DNA of 64,000 nucleotides from the human T2T-CHM13v2.0 reference genome, Homo sapiens: the NCBI RefSeq assembly GCF_009914755.1, contig NC_060947.1, one strand, 5' to 3'. Position 1 is the stretch's first letter. Each line of letters begins with the position of its first letter. The notes under the pieces were generated by a model. The model did no database searches and was not told the origin of the DNA. It saw nothing but the letters and a program-made list of their open reading frames with translations. Positions 19,445 to 34,315 of this stretch are shown here, one piece after another. The translations under genes were made by a program, and so were the position numbers.

Positions 19445-19659
19445 CCTCCTGAGAATGCAGGACGTGACAACTAATTTCAAAGTCCCTGTCACATATTTTT
19501 TTCCCCCATACAGCCTAAGGCCCTCATGAAAATAGAGACATCTGGTGAAATATCTCAGAATTCACAAATTGGATATGAACACTGGTTCTTCAAAATACGT
19601 TAGCCCTCTGTCAGATTGCTTCTTTAAGAAAATCCAGGCTCTGAAAACAACTACATTAG

Positions 19660-19850
19660 CAGTGGCTCTTAACTCATTTTTTTTTTTTCTGGAGATGGGA
19701 AGGTAGTCACAAACTCCTTTCAGGATCCGATGAAAGCTTAGTACCTGCTTCTCAGAGAAATTCACATTTATGCATAGACACAGAATATTGCTTATAATTT
19801 CATAGGATTCACAGACTCCCTGAAGCCAAACTCCAATTTAAGGAACTTTT
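19660..19850. mobile_element. hAT-Charlie-type non-autonomous DNA element
   Basis: cagtggctcttaac start and a gatgaaagct..attcacagactccctgaagcc body; family name uncertain. Confidence 0.5.
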
Positions 19851-20281
19851 CATCAGAGGGGGAATATATACTTTTATAAAAGAATTCCTCTGAATCCAAA
19901 AGGATTTGCCATAGTCTTGCTTATTGAAAGGAAATTGATTCATAAACTACATTGCCTCAGGTTTATCTAGAACACTTCCAAAAACATTAGTTTGGTTAGC
20001 TTGCTCTTCAATTAGGAAAAATTTAGTTTCCACTTGACTTTTCAGGAATTGCATTGATTAAAGTCCAGATGGGCTCCTTTAGATCTATTTCTGTGCCTGT
20101 TCAGGCTGATTCTTACAGACATTACATACATCATGTACCAATGCCAGAGAATGTGGCCAAGGCAAGTGAAAATATATAAGCCATTAAGAACATTTGTGGG
20201 TAGATTGGCTATTGGTTTAAGCCATTCTTTCATAAGCATTTTTTTAAAAAAACTAAGTTCCAAAGTCTAAGGGCTTTATTA

Positions 20282-21147
<866 letters not shown>

Positions 21148-21619
21148 GTGCTGTTTAACTTAGTGCTCATTTTGAATGGGCAACCTGATCTTTTATGGAA
21201 CAAGAGAGAAGGAAAAGCTTTTGCTAACATAAGTCATGGGGAGAAGTGACTTCTGAAATATCACAAAGGCTGATTCCCGAACAGTTGGGAAAGAAGCCAA
21301 TGGTCAACATAAAGGGGAAAATAAAGAATAACAGCTCAAGGATGAGGGAGTTGAGCAAAACACAGTGTGCCGAAGAGGGCACTAATATAAGTTGGTGGCA
21401 GGAGGTGAATGTAGTGCAGAAAATAGAGTAAGAATGAGGCATAAGGATTAAATAGGAGCATGATTACAGAGGAGGAGAATGGCAAGTGCATCACACATAC
21501 TCAGCAAGATGGCAAAAGAGAGACTTTGAAGGGGAGTGGGATGCAGGGAGGGGCAATAAGATGAGGCCAAAATATTGAGCTGCTCATCTGTGCTTGGCAT
21601 GTGCTGGTTACTTAAAGTA

Positions 21620-22050
21620 GGTGCTGAGCTGCTCTGCTTGCATCCCATGGTCCTTTCAGAATGCTTTGGCCCACTTCCAACTGCAGGTGATGGAGCCTGC
21701 ATGCCTCAGGGCTCATTGCTGCCCCCTCCTACCTGCTAGACAGTGTGAAGGTTGAGGAATTAACACCCTCCTGGCGTAGCCCTCAACTAATAACTCTTAG
21801 GAATTGGGATGTAAATACCCCAGTTCCCTCAACTCTTGTTTGAGATAATTCTGATTTAGAGGGTTTGACGCTGTTTCCCAGAGTTTTCCTGCAGGATGAA
21901 ATCAGTTGCCCACTGTGGTAGCCAGCTTACCAATGCCCTCTTTATGGGCTGTCTCCCTTCTCTACTTCGCTTCTCCCACTTCCCTACCAGTCTACTCTGC
22001 ACCTCCCAAATAAACTAGTTGCATCTGAAGCCTGTTCTCATGATCTGCCT
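21620..22050 (+). mobile_element. LTR16-like ERVL LTR
   Basis: ccctcaac..aaataccccag..cacctcccaaataaacta. Confidence 0.6.
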
Positions 22051-22054
22051 TATA

Positions 22055-22225
22055 CCCAGTTACCACAACAACCCTAAGGGTAGTAGGTATTATCAGCTCC
22101 AATGGATAGGTAAGGTAACAGACTCAGGCAGGTCAAGGGACCTTCTCAAGCTCATTCAGTTGGTAAGTGGCAGAGCTCAGATTGAAATCCAGGTCTGTCT
22201 GGCAAAAGCCCATTCTCTTTCCCTA
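22055..22225 (-). mobile_element. MIR fragment
   Basis: cacaacaaccctaaggg tagtaggtattat..taagtggcagagc..gaaatccaggtctgtctg. Confidence 0.7.
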
Positions 22226-22639
22226 ATAACAATTTGTATCTTGGTGATATTGAACAAGACGCTAAAGCAAAGACTGGAGGGCCTGGATGAAGCTAAGAAC
22301 TGTGGGACTGCTGTGCCACATGTCCACAACCTGTTCTAGGCAGCAGCTGGTTGCTTTAGGATTTACATCTATCAGGCATTTTCAGGCCAAAGTTCAAGAA
22401 GCCGAGGCAACATGTCTGCTTGTAAGCATGGTGAGATGAGACAGACCAAAGACCGTAGTCACCCACAGTGTATCAGAGGACCCATAGAAGAACATGGACC
22501 CTGATTTCAAATTACAATCTGAACCAGAACTAAGATGAGAACTCAGGGTCTGACAGACCATTGCCTATAGCTTGGACTACATGGAAGAGCTTTCCAGGCA
22601 AGAATGTGACCAGTGAAATATATCATACATGGTTGACCA

Positions 22640-23220
22640 TTGAGGCAGTTTGATGGATGGGTTAGAAGATGGATTTTGGAGTCAGACAGATCTAGATTAG
22701 AATCTTATTCCATCACTTCCTAAATTTCCGTTGTTCTGGCAGCTCCCCACCTCCAGAACTTAAATGTCTCTGTTTCTTTCCTAAGGGCATTCACTGACAT
22801 CACTGGAGACTGCTCAGCCACAAGTAGGTACAATTCAGAATCACTGGGTGGGTTAACACCCCTGGGGGAACTCTCAACCAATGAGGAATGGGAGTCAGTG
22901 GATACATGCTGCAGCCTCTCCATATTCCAGTGAGATGATTCTGAAGGTTTTTTTATTCCAAAAAATTTTGATTTCTCAAAGGATCCCCAGCAGAATTGAG
23001 CCTCTGTTGCCCAGAGCTCTAACCCACTCATTAACGCACTTATTCATTGGTTTTTGTCCCATCCCTATGTCACTATTACCAAGTTGCTTAATTTTCTTAA
23101 GCCTATGAAATTCAAATCACGCCGTCATCACAGAGTTGCTGTGAGGATGGAAAGAGCTCCTATGTGTAGAGTGGTCTGTACATAATAAGCATTCAAATAA
23201 GAACATGGTTATTATTGATT
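22640..23220 (+). mobile_element. MIR interrupted by an LTR16-like fragment (about 22730-23075)
   Basis: MIR head (tttggagtcagacaga) and tail (cacagagttgctgtgaggat) flank an LTR16-type segment (ctcaaccaatgaggaatgggag). Confidence 0.55.
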
Positions 23221-23249
23221 CCTTGTTTTCAGCGGTTAAGCTCCATCTC

Positions 23250-23279
23250 TGCAGTCCCAGTTCCTCCACTAGGTGGCAG
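23250..23279 (+). promoter_or_regulatory. Predicted CTCF site with upstream (U) motif
   Basis: Core CCACTAGGTGGCAG at 23266-23279 fits CCASYAGRKGGCRS exactly; TGCAGTCCC at 23250-23258 lies 7 bp upstream. Confidence 0.6.
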
Positions 23280-23779
23280 AATATCAACATTCATTATCCA
23301 TGGACGGCATGTCTCTTAGAGTAAGTAAAATAATTAGAGACTCTGAGGGACCATGGCCAGTGTGACATAAGAAGGGCAAGCCTATGATTAAAAACAACCC
23401 AAATAAAGAAAGTGGTGCCCTGAAATTCCAGCCTCAGTCAGATCATTGTCTGATTTACGGCTTTGAAAGGTAGAGACTGTTGGATGAATTCCCAAAGCAA
23501 CATGGGGAACCTGTATGAGAGAAGCAGGTGGAGTCTGTTTACAAAAAATTACTGGGTGCCATTTTCCCATGCCTGGGGTAATCCCAAGTCATGGGAGATG
23601 GTGGGGGAATGGCAAAGAGCCAAGGAAAACCCAAACAATCACACAAACAAAGTAGAACTTGGAAAGGGTCAGTGTGATCCTGTGGTCAGTTTTGGGGCAA
23701 AAACCTTACAGGATTATTTGTTATTCCTTTTGGTAAGATGTTTGTATCACTGGACAAATCATACTAGCTGAGGATTCAT

Positions 23780-24009
23780 CAACTCTCCGGTTAAAGAGTG
23801 GGAAGGACGGACCTTTATCCACTGGCTTCCATCCCTCCTTGGGTGAAGGTTTACCCTGGGGTATTAACTTCACCATACATGCAAGGAGTTAAGATGCAGG
23901 CATTTAAGGCAGGAAGCTATTGGCATGTTAGAAACTGTCTACCACACCTGCTGATGAATTAGGTGGGAAGATGAGATATGGGTTGGGGGCATCAACAATG
24001 ACTGCTACA
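23780..24009 (-). mobile_element. LTR16-like fragment
   Basis: tttatccactggcttccatcc..ggggtattaact; ends gggggcatcaacaatgactgctaca. Confidence 0.45.
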
Positions 24010-24010
24010 G

Positions 24011-24176
24011 CAGTGCTTTTCAGAATTTAGGGTATATGCAAATTACCTGAAGATCCTGTTAGGTTGTGGATTCTGATTCTATAGATTTGGGTGGTGACTA
24101 AGATTCTGCCTTTATAACAAGCTCCCAGATGATGGTGATGCTGCTGGTCCATGGACCATATTTTGAGAAGCAAGGG
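24011..24176. mobile_element. MER5A (hAT-Charlie)
   Basis: gattctgattc..aacaagctcccagatgatg..tgctggtccatggaccatatttttgagaagc-type body. Confidence 0.8.
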
Positions 24177-24639
24177 CTAAACTATTCTTTAAACCAGTCT
24201 TGCTATTTATTTTATCATCCCACATCATTGTTAACCCAAACAACACTGCAGGTACTAGGACCCTTGAGCTTTGGTCTTTCCCTCTCTGGACTTTCAAAAT
24301 GGGGCGCTTGGCTTAGGTGAGCTATTCCTAATTGGGATAGTAGATGTTGGGAGGATAGGAGAGAGGAATTTTTAAAATGGCATTTCAATATTTAGAAAAC
24401 ACTAAGATTTTTTTTTAAGCTACAAAAAAGTAAAGTAGGAACAGATCTTCTGAGCTGGCCAAGATCCACAGAGGGCAACTCTAGTTTCACATCTCCTGGT
24501 TTCCTGAAGGTGACCTAGAGATTTTCATTTTTACATAAAGGAAGGTATTGGTTCTAAAAGGTTGAGAAAGACTGGATTTGAAAATCCATAAGACCTCATT
24601 CAGGTCTAATATCTTTACACTGCATTTTATATAACCTAT

Positions 24640-24790
24640 TATATTGTTATATCAAATTGCCAACTAATGTCTGTCTTCCCCATTGGCCTAGAAGCTTCTC
24701 TAAACAGGGATTCATCTTCATCTCTATCACCCACTATAGTGCCTGGCACATAGTAGATGCTTAGTAAATCCTTGCATGTGTGCATGAGTC
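24640..24790 (+). mobile_element. L2 3' end
   Basis: tagtgcctggcacatagtagatgcttagtaaat. Confidence 0.65.
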
Positions 24791-24870
24791 TATGGATTTC
24801 TTAGCTCTAAAAAAATTGTGATGCTACGCACGAGGTTGAGCTACACTCTGCCTTTTCAAAAATGTCTTTC

Positions 24871-26422
24871 TTTCTTTTTTTTTTTTTATTGATCATTCTT
24901 GGGTGTTTCTCGCAGAGGGGGATTTGGCAGGGTCATAGGACAATAGTGGAGGGAAGGTCAGCAGATAAACAAGTGAACAAAGGTCTCTGGTTTTCCTAGG
25001 CAGAGGACCCTGGGGCCTTCCACAGTGTTTGTGTCCCTGTGTACTTGAGATTAGGGAGTGGTGATGACTCTTAAGGAGCATGCTGCCTTCAAGCATCTGT
25101 TTAACAAAGCACATCTTACACCGCCCTTAATCCATTTAACCCTGAGTGGACACAGCACATGTTTCAGAGAGCACCGGGTTGGGGGTAAGGTCAAAGATCA
25201 ACAGCATCCCAAGGCAGAAGAATTTTTCCCAGTATAGAACAAAATGGAGTCTCCTATGTCTACCTCTTTCCACACAGACACAGCAACAATCTGATTTCTC
25301 TATCTTTTCCCCACATTTCCCCCTTTTCTATTCGACAAAACCGCCATCGTCATCATGGCCCGTTCTCAATGAGCTGTTGGGTACACCTCCCACACGGGGT
25401 GGCCGCCGGGCAGAGGGGCTCCTCACTTCCCAGAAGGGGCGGCCGGGCAGAGGCGCCCCCCACCTCCCAGACGGGGCGGCGGCCGGGCGGAGGCGCCCCC
25501 CCACCTCCCTCCCGGACGGGGCGGCTGGCCGGGCGGGGGCTGACCCCCCACCTCCCTCCCGGACGGGGCGGCTGCAGGTCGGAGGGGCTCCTCACTTCTC
25601 AGATGGGGCGGCCGGGCAGAGACGCTCCTCACCTCCCAGACGGGGTCGCGGCCGGGCAGAGGCGCTCCTCACATCCCAGACGGGGCGGCGGGGCAGAGGT
25701 GCTCCCCACATCTCAGACGATGGGTGGCCGGGCAGAGACGCTCCTCACTTCCCAGACGGGGTCGCTGCCAGGCAGAGGCGCTCCTCACATCCCAGACGGG
25801 GCGGCGGGGCAGAGGCGCTCCCCACATCTCAGACGATCGGTGGCCGGGCAGAGACGCTCCTCACTTCCTAGATGGGATGGCGACTGGGAAGAGGCGCTCC
25901 TCACTTCCCAGACTGCGCAGCCGGGCAGAGGGGCTCCTCACATCCCAGACGATGGGCAGCCAGGCAGAGACGCTCCTCACTTCCCAGACAGGGTGGCGGG
26001 CCGGGCAGAGGCTGCAATCTCAGCACTTTGGGAAGCCAAGGCAGGCGGCTGGGAGGTGGAGGTTGTAGCGAGCCAAGATCACGCCACTGCACTCCAGCCT
26101 GGGCAACATTGAGCACTGAGTGAATGAGACTCCATCTGCAATCCCGGCACCTCGGGAGGCCGAGGCTGGCAGATCACTCCCGGTTAGGAGCTGGAGACCA
26201 GCCCGGCCAACACAGTGAAACCCCGTCCCCACCAAAAAAATACGAAAACCAGTCAGGCGTGGCAGCGCGCACCTGCAATCGCAGGCACTCGGCAGGTTGA
26301 GGCAGGAGAATCAGGCAGGGAGGTTGCAGTGAGCAGAGATGGCAGCAGTACAGTCCTGCTTCCACTCGGCATCAGAGGGAGACCGTGGAAAGAGAGGGAG
26401 AGGGAGAGGGAGAGGGAGAGGG
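24871..26422 (-). mobile_element. Full-length SVA (SVA_B/C-like)
   Basis: Poly-T, SINE-R (about 24890-25385), GC-rich VNTR (about 25385-26010), Alu-like region, and (CCCTCT)n hexamer at about 26393-26422; 15-bp TSD tcaaaaatgtctttc at 24856-24870 and 26423-26437. Confidence 0.97.
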
Positions 26423-26592
26423 TCAAAAATGTCTTTCAAGATATTTTTTGATCTATATGGTACTAACCCCTTTGAGGTTTTATTGTAATGGAATTCTAGC
26501 CATATACAACTCTATGTCCAGAATTTAATAACCCTATTAATTAATGAGAGCTGCTCCAGGGCAAGTACCATTTAGTGACATCTAAATGACTA

Positions 26593-26960
<368 letters not shown>

Positions 26961-27489
26961 GAAAATGGTGCCTTGGAGTAAGAAACATCTGCCCTGGTTT
27001 GCCATGGAAGAGGAGTCTGTGGAGTATATTTGGATGGGCTTTGCCTGATTGAGCTTGCCAGGGAGAGGCGGAGGCACCACTAATTACATGTCTTGCATTA
27101 TGGGTTGAAAGTAGATACACAGAGCAAATGCTCTGGCCCACAAAGCCCCAAAATGCGATGAAAGCAACGTAGACTTCAAGTTCATTTTCAAAATTCCCAG
27201 CAATGCAGAGCAGAGCCAGCTATATGATTTTTCCTCTTGTTTTCACGTGGCACTTAAGACACAAAAGAATAAACCAACTGAAGATCTGAAAATCAACTTG
27301 CAAATCCAGAAAAAAAAGTGGCAAAAAATTATAGAAAGTGACTATGTTAACATGTAATTTTTATTAATTAGTAACTCTCTTGAGCCCTTGCTGTCCTTGA
27401 ACTAGGTCAGCACCATTGCTTTGCTTGACTTTATGCAAACTTGATTACACTCAGTTAAAAATTGCTCTTCTCCAGGTAGGTCTCAGTTA

Positions 27490-27753
<264 letters not shown>

Positions 27754-27879
27754 TCAAAAGAGAAACTCTATAATTACAGAATGGGGAGGCCAGCTTAGCA
27801 GCAGCCCATAAAAGTAAAAGCTAAGAGGGTTCAGACAATCTCAAGAAGCCAACAATGAAATGCAGGTGCCCAATGGCTA

Positions 27880-28555
27880 AATATCTGCCCAGTGGCAGAA
27901 GTAGTTGGACTACATTTCCCAGCCTCCCTAGCAGTTGGATGTGGCCATGTGACTGAGTTCTGGCCAACAGAATGTGAGCAGAAGTGAGGTCTTCTATTTC
28001 CAGATCTGGTCCATAAATATTGTCCACACATGCTCCTGTATATTTTTTCCCTTTTTATCTTTGTTGTTGTTGTTGAGACAGAGTCTTGCTCTGTCACCCA
28101 GGCTGGAGTGCGGTGGCACAATCTTGGCTCACTGCAATCTCCACCTCCCGAGTTCAAGCGATTCTCCTGCCTAAGCCTCCAAAGTAGCTGTGATTACAGG
28201 TGCACACTACCACCCCCGACTAATTTTTGTATTTTTAGTAGAGACGGGGTTTCACCATATTGGCCAGGCTGGTCTTGAACTCCTGGCCTCAAGTGATCCA
28301 CCCGCCTTGGCTTCCCAAAGTGCTGGGATTACAGGCATGAACCACCTCACCTGGCTCTCCCTTTCTATCTTGATACAAATAAAACAGGTGACTTGGGAAG
28401 TTGTGTGTTGGATATAACAGAGCCACAAGATGGAAGAAGCCTGAGTCACTGAGTCACTGCTTGGAGTAGAGCTGCTTGACAATCAGAAGTTTATGTGAGA
28501 GAGAAATAAACCTTTATTAAGGTGTTGAGATATTGTGGTTTATCTGTTTCATTAT
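27880..28555 (+). mobile_element. MLT1J/I-like LTR split by an Alu
   Basis: ctacatttcccagcctccct..ggccatgtgactgagttctggccaa; 3' gagagaaataaacc. Confidence 0.7.
28062..28356 (-). mobile_element. AluSx/Sz-like
   Basis: Antisense full dimer; TSD tcccttt(t/c)tatctt. Confidence 0.95.
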
Positions 28556-28890
28556 TTAATTAAATATATAGTCATTAGCTGTATTAATAGAGGGATTGTA
28601 GGAAGAGCAAAGGAGGGTGCAGTTTTGCTATTCTGTAGGCGGGATTTGGTCAAACATGCACATAAATGAAAGACAAGAGTGATAAGGAAGTGGGAAATGA
28701 TCTACTGGGGAGTATAAAAGAAAGGGGCTTCAGCCTAAAGAAAACTTTGGGGTAGAATAATAAGGGCGTATAATATCTATCTTTAAAGTTTTAGAAGTAT
28801 GTCACAAGGAAGAGGGTTTAGCGTTACGCTGAGGCGTTCCAGAGAGCAGTGCTAGGAGCAAGATTTGGGCTCAATATAAAGAACTTTCCA

Positions 28891-29765
<875 letters not shown>

Positions 29766-30104
29766 TGGATCCTGAAGAGGTTGAGGAATACAGGTTGAAT
29801 ATTGCCTTGTTATCAGAACTGCTGGAGGGTTATTCTACCCTGGGCAAGTAGGCAGGCCTCTCAGGGTACATCCAACTCTGAGACTCATAAACTCTGGTAA
29901 AGGACTTACAGCTAACTTCATTTAAATTAAAACATAGGCTTCCTTACAAGTGTCTGGAAATCCATTTTGTTACAATCATGTGTTGGATTTTGGCAGTTAC
30001 ACGTCTGACCTACTCCCTTCCTGCCTCCATTTCCCTTTGTAGGAAGTTTCCTGTAACAGAGACAATTCTTTGTCCACTGAAGATTTGAACTTCCAGAGTA
30101 TAGA

Positions 30105-30818
<714 letters not shown>

Positions 30819-33800
30819 ACCTCCATTGTGCGTGGTCTCAGTAGGAGGGCCATAGCCATCTCGGCCACCTGCTCATGCTCTCATTACAGAAGCTGAGGGG
30901 GTCCAGCCTGGTTCAGCTGCTCCCTGGTTCAGCCTACATTAAATAGGCAATTAGACACTTGCTCCTGGGATACTGAGTCTCAAATAAGGGACACAAAGAT
31001 GCAGGGAAAGTTAAGAATCAGACATCTAACAGTGGTAAGAGAAACTTGAGGAAAATATGGTGCTTATGGGCAATTGAGCTTTGGCTGAGGTTTCTACTAC
31101 TTCAGGAGCACACTTGGGTCCTGCTGGTTGTCCAAGCATTGTCCTCCAGCTTCTCATTGATTCTGTTAGCTCCTGATAGCCAGCTAATTAATTCCCCCTT
31201 TGCTGAAAATAATCAGAATTCTTTTCTTGCTTGTAATCACTTGGGGGTGCATAATAAGTGAAGGCTTTCCCTTACAAAATTCTGTATTTATCTCAGCATT
31301 TAACTCTGCCCTACCATCTTAGATTCATGATCTAACAGCAGTTGAGATTGGCACCTCTCAATTTCCTCCTTTCATTGACTGCCTATCCAGATAATCAAGT
31401 CATTATTTATTTTTTTCCTTTTGTTGATAGTTTGGTCTCTGTCCCAGCTTTCAGCAATTATTTTCCTCTCTTGCCGTACTTACAGATTGTCCTCACCTAC
31501 GCATTTTTATGACATTTCTACTTGTTAACCATTTCTAGTATTGAGTTGTACCATCCAATTAGCAATCTGTAACATTTTTCTGATGGTAGACGGGCATAGT
31601 TGGCAGAGAAAGCACTGAACCCATTGTCCTAGACACCTGTTTCTGTTACTTACAAGATATGTGACCTTGGGCAAATCATTGAACTTGTCTGTTCCAGAGA
31701 CTTGTTTTGCAAAGTATTAGAATAAAAGACTATACGAAAATCTCAGGATCAGTTACAATGAGAACAGTTAATTAAAAGCCAAATAGCTAGAGAAATACAG
31801 TTGGAGAGAAGGTAGGAAAGTATGAAGGCAGGAAATCTACGACCTTGCCTGCGAAGTCAGGAGGTGAGAGGTAGGAATCAAGGAGGGGCTATTCATTGGT
31901 ACATGCACACTGCCATCAGCTGATGGGAACTACACAATCATGTTTTTCTTTTTCAGCTGACTTTATACTTTCGGTTCATCCTTAAATACCACTCCTGAAG
32001 AGAATCCAAGATGAGCAGTGGCCCCGCTTCAACATTTTATCCACTCCTTACACATAGTGAATACAAGACAAATTTGATACCCCACAGCTATCTTTTACAT
32101 CATTCAATTTAATTTCTCAATTACAAATTCTTTTGCAACATCTCTGATTAGCTGTTCATATTTGGAACTGAACTGCATTAAAAACTCCATCTCTGCCTCC
32201 CAAGGTGTACTGGGGACAAGATTTGGTTCCTTCTAACACTAGGCCTCAGTTTCCTCATCTGCAAAATGGGGTAGCTAAACTGAAGCCCCCAGGGTTCAGT
32301 CTCAGGTCCCAGTGCACTGTGGTGCTGGAACAGAATCTTGTGACTCCTGAACATCTGTTTAGACTCCGGATGGAGTTAGCTCAGCCTCCTCTGCCTTGTG
32401 TTTTAGATGAGCCATCTATGCAGATGTTTTGTACACTGGGTACATGATTTCAACAACTTGACCACAGACAGGGCTTCCTTCATGACTTCCCATGCGTTGA
32501 GGCCTCTCTTTGTCATCCACTGTCCAGCCTGCCTTTGTCTTCTCACTGTTCTTTCTCTTCAGCTACCTCATGTACACGTCTGCCCTTTCCCTTTACTTCC
32601 TCAAAGCAAAGGATGAACTACCTGGAGTTTTTCCTCTTGTTGAATACCTTCTCTTCCCTTCACTGGGGTGGAGATTGTTGTCATGGTAACCTACAGCCAA
32701 AGGTTCTAAGGTCAACACTAAATCCAGCCCAATGGACTCATATACATGGCTGCAGAAGGTCAGGACAGAATGTTTCTCCAAAACTGAAGATTTGATAATA
32801 AAAAACACAGTATTTAGCTGCTCTGACAACTTTTCATAAAATTTTCCCTCTTTTCTTTAGGAGTCACTTGACAAATAAGAGAGGACGGGGGCCAATTTAG
32901 TTCAATTTGCTAATCTTTTTGAATGTTTTTATAGATAGATGCATTCATCTCAAACCATCTTTTGCCTTTGAAAAAATTGTCTTCTCCTCTAAAGCATATT
33001 CTCTTGAACTTTACCCAAGAGGAAAAAAGAAATGCAGGAAACATGAGCTTAAATAACTAATAATATTCAGATAATATTCATCAGATATTATTCAAATAAA
33101 TATTTTGAGCAGTATCCTCTCCCAGCCACACCTATATACGCATACCTACACCCTTTTCTAACTATCTCCCATATAACCAGATGAAACTTGAAGAAAAAAA
33201 AGTAATGACTCCACAGAGTTTGGAAAATGCTGGGCTAGCTCTGCCTTTCTGGTTATTCCACATAGGTCCAAGGCCAATTATAGAAGCAGTTGGTTAAGGA
33301 AAATATGGTGCCATGGGGAGTTGGAGGGTTATAGAATGCCTGAGCCAGGCAAATTCTTTTCAAGTGGAGCTTACAATAATTGAAAATAAGGAGGCTTAGA
33401 ATGTAGGAATTCCAGCATTTTAGGTGCCATCATGAAACATTAGGAGCAGCCAGGGCCCCAAGATTCAGGCGAGCTCTCCGTTTGAGGCTTGGAATAAAAG
33501 GCATGTTGCTAACTGTGACGAAGCTGAAAGGATCCACGCACAGCCTAGGAGCAGAAAGGATCTGCCCCTAGGCTGTCAGACTGTATTTGTGTCTGTCTGA
33601 ACTGTTCTGAAAAGATCCTCCTTTCCTGAATCACTAAGACCCCCAGACAATAGAGGAACGGAGTGGCAGCGCTCCCTGTGCTAAGCAACAGATTGGAGAT
33701 GTGGGAGTGGGAGTGGGAGCTTTTATCTTGGCTCTGTTACTTACAGCCACCACTGAACCCAAGGCTAATGGCCTCAGCTTCCTTGGCTACTCGGGTGGAG

Positions 33801-33844
33801 GTAGTCCAAGACAGTAAGTCACAATGCGATACGCTGCCCCCTCC

Positions 33845-34315
33845 AGTTTAAGCTACTATCATTTCACACTGGGGTTTTAGCAGCAGCCTTTCACTTGGTC
33901 TCCTTGCTTCCACTCTTACCTCCCTATAGCCTACTGTCTACCCACACCAAAGCCAGAGTGATCCTCACAAAATACAAGTCAAATTATGTCCCTCCTCTGT
34001 TCAAACCCCTCCGATGGCTTCCTAGTATTCTTACTATAACTTACAAGGTCCTACACAATCTGCCCCACACCCCCATTACTTCTCTAACCTCATGAACGAT
34101 TACCTTCTCCCTCTGTTACTTTGTTCCAAACATACTGGCATTCTTACTTGAACTTTCAATTCATGCTTCAGAGCTTCTGCAATTGCTGTTTCCTCTGCCT
34201 TGAATGGTCTTTCAGCAACTACCTGTATTACTTGTTGCTTCACCTACTTCAGATCTTTTCTCAGAGGCTGTCTTCCAAATGAGGCCTTCTCTTATCACCT
34301 TATTTAAAATTGTAC
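33845..34315 (+). mobile_element. L2a (5' part; resumes at about 42880-43280)
   Basis: gccagagtgatcct..tcaaacccctccgatggcttcc..tgctgtttcctctgcct..gaggccttc..tatttaaaattg. Confidence 0.8.

Noticed and set aside
25146-26451. Long GC-rich ORFs (241 and 247 aa, plus overlapping ones)
   Set aside because: They are translations of the SVA VNTR and Alu-like region; stop-poor repeat sequence, not genes.
31940-32870. Isolated splice-acceptor-like sites (about 31956 and 32860)
   Set aside because: I could not pair them with a convincing donor or coding frame.
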